Under the pieces are notes generated by a model. It was not told the origin of the DNA. It ran no database searches and saw nothing but the letters and a program-made list of their open reading frames with translations. The position numbers and the translations under genes were made by a program. From contig SUPR01000117.1 in the NCBI GenBank assembly GCA_005191425.1, positions 1 through 9,607 on the forward strand: a stretch of DNA of 9,607 nucleotides, read 5' to 3'. This stretch comes from Candidatus Helarchaeota ASGARD archaeon Hel_GB_B (GTDB lineage: Archaea; Asgardarchaeota; Lokiarchaeia; Helarchaeales; HEL-GB-B). Positions 1-6,672 of the stretch are shown piece after piece. Positions within the stretch are counted from its first letter, which is position 1. Every line of letters begins with the position of its first letter.

Positions 1-102
1 TGAAGAATAAATTTTCAACAATGCTTCCGTAAGATTTCGAATATAAGTACAATTTCCGGAACCTTCAGTTTCTGCAGCGTGAAAATCAATACCTATTTTC
101 AT
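1..102 (-). CDS. Glycosyltransferase family 4 (GT-B, group 1), N-terminal 34 codons; gene continues beyond the left edge
   Basis: My translation of the reverse complement from ATG at 102-100 gives MKIGIDFHAAETEGSGNCTYIRNLTEALLKIYSS, open to base 1. This matches the typical GT4 start (MKIxID...GxGxY..xL..xL). AAAAGG lies 5 nt upstream (+ strand cctttt, 108-113). Not in the supplied ORF track; only 34 aa are visible. Confidence 0.78.
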   Translation of the reverse strand, partial: MKIGIDFHAAETEGSGNCTYIRNLTEALLKIYSS

Positions 103-522
103 TATAGCCTTTTATAGAATGTAAAAAAAATTATATTTTAAGTGGATAATATTTAAAATAATATAACATACTCTTATATAAAAAATATTGCAATGTTTCC
201 TATGCAAACCCAAGTGGATAAATAACTTGATTAATAATATTTATTGAACTATTATAACATTTAATATTTAAACCTAACCTAACAAAATAATGGTTATTAT
301 TGGGCTTATGACTTTTAATGACAATTAGTTATGTAAATTATTGTAGTGATAAAGATAAATAATAAAGATTTATCGTTTTAAAAATGATAACACTACTGTT
401 CATAAATTTCATTAAAATTATTTATGTCATGAAAATATGATGTTTTATATAAAAAAATTACTAATTTTGAGCATGTAAATCGTTCTATTTAAGTTATTTT
501 TTTAGAAAAGCATAAAAATATA
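103..522. promoter_or_regulatory. Divergent intergenic region expected to hold promoters for the GT4 gene (-) and the seven-gene cluster (+)
   Basis: 420 bp, extremely AT-rich, lying between two divergent start codons, so promoters are expected here. One candidate sigma70-like + strand element is TTGATT(227-232)-N17-TATTAT(250-255). Such matches are weak evidence in DNA this AT-rich. Confidence 0.5.
140..221. repeat. Direct repeat AAGTGGATAA (140-149 and 212-221), 72 bp apart
   Basis: Two exact 10-nt copies, each with three G in a G-poor region. The reverse complement contains TTATCCACT, one mismatch from the DnaA box TTATCCACA. The repeat is certain; its function is not. Confidence 0.4.
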
Positions 523-2073
523 ATGTTTAATATTAAAATATTTATCCAAAATAATCGTCATAAGTTACTGTTAATTATAATATTGATATTGGGTGCGTTT
601 TTACGTTTATATGATTTAGGTGCTGAAAGTCTATGGTATGATGAAGTCGCTAGTATTGACCAGGCCTTAGAAGACTTTCCTACTCTTTTTTCAGGGTTTC
701 ATATCTCACCATTATATTTTTTATTTTTAAAATATTGGATAATGTTTTTTGGAGTATCTGAATTTGCATTGCGCTTACCTTCAGCCATATTTGGTATATT
801 GTCTATAATATCCCTATATGTCATTGGATCTCAACTTTTCAACAAAAAGGTTGCTATTATAAGCAGTTTTATTTTGGCTATTTCACCTTTCCATATATTC
901 TATTCCCAGGAAACAAGGAATTATAATCTGTTTGTATTTTTAACATTGTTGTCAATGGTATATTTCGTGAGAATTATAAAAGAGAAATGCCCATCTGTTA
1001 GATTATTTATTTTGTATGTGATTACAAATATTTTCCTTTTATATTCTATGTTATTTGGACTCTTTGTTATTGTTATTCAAAACATATTTTATTTTTCACT
1101 TAATATCAAAAAGAAAAATAAATGGATTATTACACAGATATTTATTTTGCTCGTTTATTTAATTTGGTTTATACCATTTGTTATTTTCTTATTTAATGAA
1201 AAAGCTTATGTGTCTCAATGCATTGATTGGATTCCATTACCAAGTTTGTTTTCGATCGTTAAACTATTTGAGAGTTTTAGCTATAAAGGACATTGTTTCG
1301 GCGGCTGGGATTTTTTTGTTAACACTAAGGACATTGGGTTTTCATGGCTTCTTTTATACATATATGGCATTTTTTTTATTATTGGCATTGTTTTTTCGAA
1401 AAAAAACGAAATTAAATATGTCGTTTTAAGTTTATTGTGGCTTTTTATACCCATTACAGTAGTTTATTTGTTTTCTTACCTTTGTTTTCCTTTGTTTGTT
1501 ATAAGATATTTTATTTTTGCCTCACCAGCATATTACATTCTTATCGCAAAGGGGATAGAAAGAATTAATATCAGTTTATATCAAATAGCAGCAATTATTT
1601 TGATCTCTTTGTTGATATTTCCGTCAATTTATTTTTATTATACAAAAAATATGAAAATAGATTGGAAAAAAGCTATTCCATATATTGACCAGAATATGAG
1701 AGAAAATGATTTAATACTTATAACAATACCGGATAAAGTTTTGATGTTTAACTACTACGGGAAAGATGGAGCGAAATATCAGAATAAAAAGAATATAAAG
1801 ATAGATGTTAGGCGTAAACTAGGAATAGATATGCTTAGAGGAGGATATGTATGGAATTATAGAAATCATGAATTATGGGGAGCATATAACGCAAAACAAA
1901 TTAAGGAAATAATAAGTAAAAAGGGAAATAAAATTGACGGTAATTTATGGTTAATACTAGTTACCCGTTGGACACAGAATGCGAAAGAGATAACAAATTG
2001 TATAGAATCATTTTTAGAAAGAAAAAGTGAAAAGAAATATGAAGGACTAAATATTTATTATTACATCAAATAG
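523..2073 (+). CDS. GT-C fold polyprenol-phosphate-sugar-dependent glycosyltransferase (PMT_2/GT39/ArnT-like), multi-pass membrane protein
   Basis: 516 aa. Shows LRLYDLGAESLWYDE (diacidic D40-E41 after TM1), PLYFLFLKYW..FGVSEFALRLPSAIFG, SPFHIFYSQETRNY and RYFIFASPAY. About 11-13 hydrophobic segments by eye, then a soluble C-terminal domain starting DWKKAIPYIDQNMRENDLIL. Acceptor unknown. Confidence 0.85.
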   Translation: MFNIKIFIQNNRHKLLLIIILILGAFLRLYDLGAESLWYDEVASIDQALEDFPTLFSGFHISPLYFLFLKYWIMFFGVSEFALRLPSAIFGILSIISLYVIGSQLFNKKVAIISSFILAISPFHIFYSQETRNYNLFVFLTLLSMVYFVRIIKEKCPSVRLFILYVITNIFLLYSMLFGLFVIVIQNIFYFSLNIKKKNKWIITQIFILLVYLIWFIPFVIFLFNEKAYVSQCIDWIPLPSLFSIVKLFESFSYKGHCFGGWDFFVNTKDIGFSWLLLYIYGIFFIIGIVFSKKNEIKYVVLSLLWLFIPITVVYLFSYLCFPLFVIRYFIFASPAYYILIAKGIERINISLYQIAAIILISLLIFPSIYFYYTKNMKIDWKKAIPYIDQNMRENDLILITIPDKVLMFNYYGKDGAKYQNKKNIKIDVRRKLGIDMLRGGYVWNYRNHELWGAYNAKQIKEIISKKGNKIDGNLWLILVTRWTQNAKEITNCIESFLERKSEKKYEGLNIYYYIK

Positions 2074-2138
2074 TTCATAAATTTAAATAGATTAGTATAT
2101 TTGTATAGAGTAATATAAAATATAAAAAGATTAATTTT

Positions 2139-3890
2139 ATGAAAAAATTTAGTATATATCCAATTGTTATAATTTTGTTGGCGAGTATAATTTATATCGC
2201 TCCAATGTTTAGGGACATTACTTATTGGGGTGAGATGGATTGGGATCAGTTTACATTCTGGCATGCTGTTCCAAGAGAGATTATTTTACAATATCATCAA
2301 TTTCCGCTTTGGAATCCTTATACTAACGGTGGTAATGTATTATTAGCGCATACGCATTCCCCATTTTTATCACCTTTTTTTATTTTTGTTCTTATTTTCG
2401 GGCCAATAGTTGGACTAAAACTTGAGATATTTGTTCATTTGTTTATCGGCATGCTTGGCATGTACCAGCTTGCAAAATATTTAAAAATTGGTAAATATTC
2501 ATCTTATCTGCCTCCTATAGTTTATATGTTAAGTTCAATTTTTATATTACACGTTGCTGAGGGACATGTTGAATGGATTACAATGGCTTTTATCCCTTGG
2601 ATATTTCTGTTTTTTTTGAAAAGTTCTGACAATTTTAAATATATCTTTTATTGCATAATATTAATCTCAATTACGATATTTTCAGGTAGTATTGATATTG
2701 TGAGTATACTGCTTATATTATTACCGATTTACGTATTATCAGTAGCAATAAAACAAAACAATATAACGATGGTAAAAAAAGTTATTATAATTTTAGTTGG
2801 TACATTTTTAATATGTTCTATTAAGTTAATACCAATGTTAGAATTCGTGAAAGAAAACCCTCGTTTTGTAAAATATGATGAATCAACAGTAATGTTTTCA
2901 TTGTCAAGCATACTTTTATCAAGGGAACAAGATATGTTTTATCAAAGTACAAAATGGAATATACCTGAGCAAGGAGTTAAAAGTAATGCCATTGAATGTG
3001 AATATGGTTGGCATGAATATGGGGCGTATATAGGATTTGTACCATTAATTTTGGCAATTATAGGCTCTTTGTTTTATTTTAAAAAACATTGGCCATTATT
3101 TGTGACAGGTTTAGTAACTTTATGGATTAGTCTAGGAAGCGGGGCATTTTTTAACTTATGGAGTATTTTCCATAGGTTACCTTTCTATAACATGTTGCAT
3201 GTGCCTTCGCGATATATAGTCGGTTTTGTGTTTTGTTCAGCTATATTTTCAGGATTAGGTTTAACAAAGCTGGAATATGCAAGTAATAAAAAATATTATA
3301 AGTTTTTTATAATTTGCGTAATCTGTTATATATTTTGTGATTTATTTTTAGTTAATTATCCGTTATTAAAAAATACATTTACTATCAAACCTCCGGAAGT
3401 CGAGAGAGCTTTTGAATTTAGGCAAAGGCATAGGGATTTTTGCCTGTTTCCTGGGATAATTAGAAGTTCAATGTATCCTGCATTATTAAACAACAGTGGA
3501 GTAATTAATAATTATGAGGTTATAAGTGTAGAAAGGGGGGATGTTAAAACAGTATCTGATGTAGATTACAAGGGTGAGGTTTATTTTTTAAACAGCAATA
3601 ACAGGATCGAATCGTTTGACTTTAGTCCTAATATATTAAAGATAAAGGTGAATGTAAAGGAAAATGACAGATTGGTTATCAATCAGAATTACTATCGAGG
3701 TTGGAAAGGAAAAATAGGAAGTAAAAAATTAAATATTAGTCCTTTCTCGGGATTAATTTCTACAAATTTGAGCAAGGGAGAATACTTGGTAGAATTGTTT
3801 TATATGCCAAACAGTTTTATTATAGGAGCTATTTTATCCGGCATTAGTATTATTTTTGGTTTATTTTGTTATGTGCGGTGTATAAAATAA
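2139..3890 (+). CDS. YfhO-like GT-C membrane glycosyltransferase
   Basis: 583 aa multi-pass membrane protein with DWDQ after TM1, FPLWNPYTNGG..LLAH, GHVEWITMAFIPW, WHEYGAYIG and RYIVGF. A soluble domain ending LVINQNYYRGWKG...LFYMP..F..G precedes a final TM helix, as in the YfhO C-terminus. Family assignment by motif recall only. Confidence 0.75.
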   Translation: MKKFSIYPIVIILLASIIYIAPMFRDITYWGEMDWDQFTFWHAVPREIILQYHQFPLWNPYTNGGNVLLAHTHSPFLSPFFIFVLIFGPIVGLKLEIFVHLFIGMLGMYQLAKYLKIGKYSSYLPPIVYMLSSIFILHVAEGHVEWITMAFIPWIFLFFLKSSDNFKYIFYCIILISITIFSGSIDIVSILLILLPIYVLSVAIKQNNITMVKKVIIILVGTFLICSIKLIPMLEFVKENPRFVKYDESTVMFSLSSILLSREQDMFYQSTKWNIPEQGVKSNAIECEYGWHEYGAYIGFVPLILAIIGSLFYFKKHWPLFVTGLVTLWISLGSGAFFNLWSIFHRLPFYNMLHVPSRYIVGFVFCSAIFSGLGLTKLEYASNKKYYKFFIICVICYIFCDLFLVNYPLLKNTFTIKPPEVERAFEFRQRHRDFCLFPGIIRSSMYPALLNNSGVINNYEVISVERGDVKTVSDVDYKGEVYFLNSNNRIESFDFSPNILKIKVNVKENDRLVINQNYYRGWKGKIGSKKLNISPFSGLISTNLSKGEYLVELFYMPNSFIIGAILSGISIIFGLFCYVRCIK

Positions 3891-3978
3891 AAATGTAAAA
3901 GAGCAATTATAGTTTATATTTATATTAATAATTTTTTTTATTCAATATGAATCAAATAAAATGTTATGAAAGTACATT

Positions 3979-5430
3979 ATGCTTAGTGCTGTATATTCTT
4001 ATCAGATCAAAAAAGTATTATTTATAAGATTATCTTCAAATATTTTTCATAAAAATCCCCATTTGCGTAATATCAGACCACCTTTCGAGTTAGCCTATTC
4101 TATGTGTGTGTTAGAAAAAGAAGGTTTTAATACAAAATTGATAGATTGCTGGATTCATAATTTGTCAATTGAAGAGCTTGTTGAAAATATAAATGAATAT
4201 GAACCTAACATGATTGTTGTTTCATGCACGACTGATTGTTGTAATTTATGTACTGAATTTATGCGAGAGGTCAAAAGAAACAGAGAAGTTATAGTGGTTA
4301 CCGTCGGACAACATGCTTCATCCGAACCAGAAACATTTTTATATAAAGATTCGCCTATCGATCTTTGTATTGTTGGAGAAAATGATGCAGTTCTTTTAAA
4401 CCTGGTTGAACGACTTAATTCTGGAAGAGGATTAAGCGGGATGAAAGGGGTTTTAAGTATTGATGGTGGTAATAGTGATGTAAACATTGTAGAAGATTTA
4501 GAATCACTACCTATTATAAATCATAAATATTTTACGCAGGATAATGGATATATTTCATATTATCCCGTTCGTCTTAGCGAAAAAGTAAAATGGGGACATA
4601 TTCTTACAAGCAGAGGCTGTCCATATGAGTGCATTTTTTGTTCACCTGTAATGCGTGATAGTTACGGGAAAAAAGTACGTTTACGAAGTGTAAATAGTGT
4701 TATAGCCGAAATAAAAGATTTAATAAGCGATGGTGTAAACATAATTACTTTTTGTGATGATAATTTTACTACAGTAAGATCTCATGTTGAGAGTATTTGC
4801 AAAGAGATTATAAAACAGGATCTTGATATAAAATGGATAGCACATACTAGGGCAGACAATCTGGATATAAATTTGATGAAATTAATGAAAAAGGCGGGTT
4901 GTTTACTTTTGAGAATTGGTGTAGAGTCTGCTTCTGAAAGAATAATAAAAATTCTCAAAAAAACAGAATATCCAGAAGATTGGTTCAGAAATATAAAGGA
5001 AATATTTGAACAGGCTAATGCAATTAATTTACCTACAAATGCGCTTTTTATTATCGGGAGTCCGTCGGAAACGAAAGAAGATTTAAACAAATCTATAAGA
5101 ATGATACGTCAACTAAAGACTGATATTGTAATGGTACATTATTTTACCCCATATCCTGGTTCTGAATATTACCAAAAAAATAAAAATAAAATAAGGTTAG
5201 AGGACAAAGAAGGAATGTATCATTATGTTATGAGTATGAATTTTAGTTCGATTGATCCAAAAGAGTTGAAAAAAATGTTGCGTAAACTTTATTGTCAATA
5301 TTATCTTAGGTTTTCTTTCTTGATTAAACATTTTCGGAATTATTTAGGGTTCTATATGTTTAATCCTCATATTTTTAAAATGATTTTAATAATGTTTTTT
5401 AGAATGTTGAGTCCTAGGAAAGTGTTTTGA
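3979..5430 (+). CDS. Cobalamin (B12)-binding radical SAM enzyme (class B methyltransferase / BchE-HpnJ-like superfamily), paralog 1
   Basis: 483 aa. N-terminal B12-binding Rossmann motifs: PPFELAY..VLEKEGF..KLID, VGQHAS.EPE and DLCIVGE. Radical SAM motif TSRGCPYECIFC (C214/C218/C221, nt 4618-4641), followed by FCDDNF, RAD, IGVESAS, FIIGSPSET and FTPYPGS. Confidence 0.92.
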   Translation: MLSAVYSYQIKKVLFIRLSSNIFHKNPHLRNIRPPFELAYSMCVLEKEGFNTKLIDCWIHNLSIEELVENINEYEPNMIVVSCTTDCCNLCTEFMREVKRNREVIVVTVGQHASSEPETFLYKDSPIDLCIVGENDAVLLNLVERLNSGRGLSGMKGVLSIDGGNSDVNIVEDLESLPIINHKYFTQDNGYISYYPVRLSEKVKWGHILTSRGCPYECIFCSPVMRDSYGKKVRLRSVNSVIAEIKDLISDGVNIITFCDDNFTTVRSHVESICKEIIKQDLDIKWIAHTRADNLDINLMKLMKKAGCLLLRIGVESASERIIKILKKTEYPEDWFRNIKEIFEQANAINLPTNALFIIGSPSETKEDLNKSIRMIRQLKTDIVMVHYFTPYPGSEYYQKNKNKIRLEDKEGMYHYVMSMNFSSIDPKELKKMLRKLYCQYYLRFSFLIKHFRNYLGFYMFNPHIFKMILIMFFRMLSPRKVF

Positions 5431-5433
5431 TGT

Positions 5434-6672
5434 ATGAAATTTAAATTAATTCCAAGACAAAAATCCAATTGTACAATACGTGACATATTAGATATTTTAA
5501 GTTTATTTTTAAAAGGTAAACTTAGGAGGGGCTCATATATAAAAGAATTTGAGGAATTAATTTCAAAATTTCACTCGCAAAGATATGCTTTGGCAACAGG
5601 GTCTTGCAGGTTAGCTTTTTATTTAATATTAAAAGCATTAAATATATATAAAAATGATGAAGTAATAATCCCAGCTTATAATATGTCTGCTTTCCCTAAG
5701 GTGTTGAAACTAAATGGTATTAAGCCAAAATTTGTTGATATAGATGAATGGACGTTGAATATAGATGTTAATAAAATTGAAAAGAATATAAATGAAAGAA
5801 CAAGAGCAATCGTTGCTGTTCATTTATTTGGAAATCCTTGTGATATGGATGGTATTATGAATATAGCCAGAAAATATAGTTTGCCTGTTATAGAGGACTG
5901 TGCAAATTCGATAGGAGGTAAATATAAAGGAAAACTTCTAGGAACTTTTGGTGATGCAGTTTGTTTCAGTTTCGGACATTCAAAAGATATTTCAACATTA
6001 GGTGGAGGGATGGTTTTAACAAATGATGAAAAATTATATATGAAGATCAAGGAATTATATGATGATGAATTTGTATTGCCGGATATGTTTGAAATTACAA
6101 AAATAATTATAAAAAATATTATTTTAAAACTTGCAACTGCTAGGATTATATTTTGTTTATTTGTCTATCCATTTATCATGTTTGCTAATTTTGTGAATAG
6201 TAATATATTAAATAATATATTCGAAGAAAAGGATGAATTAAGTAAAATGGTTAAAAAACGATATGCTAATTTCCAGGCCAGAATAGGTATAAATCATTTT
6301 GAGGCCATGAATAGACTACAGAATAAACGAATAGCTAATGCGCAAACTTATAATAAATTATTAGTAGATATTAAAGGGATTAGGATTCCTAAGAGTGTTG
6401 AAGGAGCTGAGCATGTATACTGGCAATATCCAATTTGGGTTCGGGATAGAGAAAAAATAATAAAGAAGCTTCTAAAAAAGGGGATTGATACAAAAAAAAT
6501 ATATACGTATGATTGCAATAACTACATAATATTCAAAAAATTTAGCAGCCATTGTCCAATATCTGAACAGACATCAGAAAAAATATTATGTTTGCCCGTT
6601 TATCATTATTTAAAAGAGAAGGACATAGTGTTTATTAGTGAATTGTTAAAATATTACTATTGTTATAAATGA
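5434..6672 (+). CDS. DegT/DnrJ/EryC1/StrS family PLP-dependent (sugar) aminotransferase with an atypical hydrophobic insert
   Basis: 412 aa with DEVIIPAY, PKFVDID..TLNID, RAIVAVHLFGNPCDM, VIEDCA (PLP-binding Asp), FSFGHSK (Schiff-base Lys184, nt 5983-5985), GGGMVLTND, R..NA..Y..LL, HVYWQY and CPISE..SE.ILCLP. Starts 3 nt after the upstream stop. Confidence 0.92.
   Translation: MKFKLIPRQKSNCTIRDILDILSLFLKGKLRRGSYIKEFEELISKFHSQRYALATGSCRLAFYLILKALNIYKNDEVIIPAYNMSAFPKVLKLNGIKPKFVDIDEWTLNIDVNKIEKNINERTRAIVAVHLFGNPCDMDGIMNIARKYSLPVIEDCANSIGGKYKGKLLGTFGDAVCFSFGHSKDISTLGGGMVLTNDEKLYMKIKELYDDEFVLPDMFEITKIIIKNIILKLATARIIFCLFVYPFIMFANFVNSNILNNIFEEKDELSKMVKKRYANFQARIGINHFEAMNRLQNKRIANAQTYNKLLVDIKGIRIPKSVEGAEHVYWQYPIWVRDREKIIKKLLKKGIDTKKIYTYDCNNYIIFKKFSSHCPISEQTSEKILCLPVYHYLKEKDIVFISELLKYYYCYK

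Noticed and set aside
271-283. Short tandem AACCTAACCTAAC
   Set aside because: Only about 2.5 copies of a 5-mer; compatible with chance.
103-522. Chromosomal origin (oriC), CRISPR array, riboswitch or small RNA in the intergenic region
   Set aside because: Only two imperfect DnaA-like boxes and no dnaA/dnaN-type neighbours; no repeat-spacer periodicity; too little G+C pairing for a cobalamin riboswitch or other structured RNA.
1178-1429. 83-aa + strand alternative-frame ORF
   Set aside because: Fully nested in the motif-supported GT-C gene, with no recognisable domain; a shadow ORF.
2061-2911. Minus-strand ORFs 2061-2264 (67 aa) and 2729-2911 (60 aa)
   Set aside because: Short, antisense to well-supported GT-C genes, and without motifs.
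3961-3987. Upstream ATGs at 3961 and 3966 as leader peptides or a frameshifted start for radical SAM 1
   Set aside because: They give 2- and 6-codon micro-ORFs, common in AT-rich DNA. The ORF from 3979 already includes the complete first beta-strand (KKVLFI).
4155-6050. Minus-strand ORFs 4155-4487, 4782-5090 and 5820-6050
   Set aside because: Antisense shadows of the radical SAM and DegT genes; Ser/Ile/Phe-rich composition typical of reverse-frame reads and no domain signal.
123-6499. Homopolymer runs of 8 nt (A 123-130, T 1370-1377, T 2610-2617, T 3932-3939, A 6492-6499) as phase-variation tracts
   Set aside because: Runs of 7-8 A/T are expected at this base composition, and all reading frames are intact.
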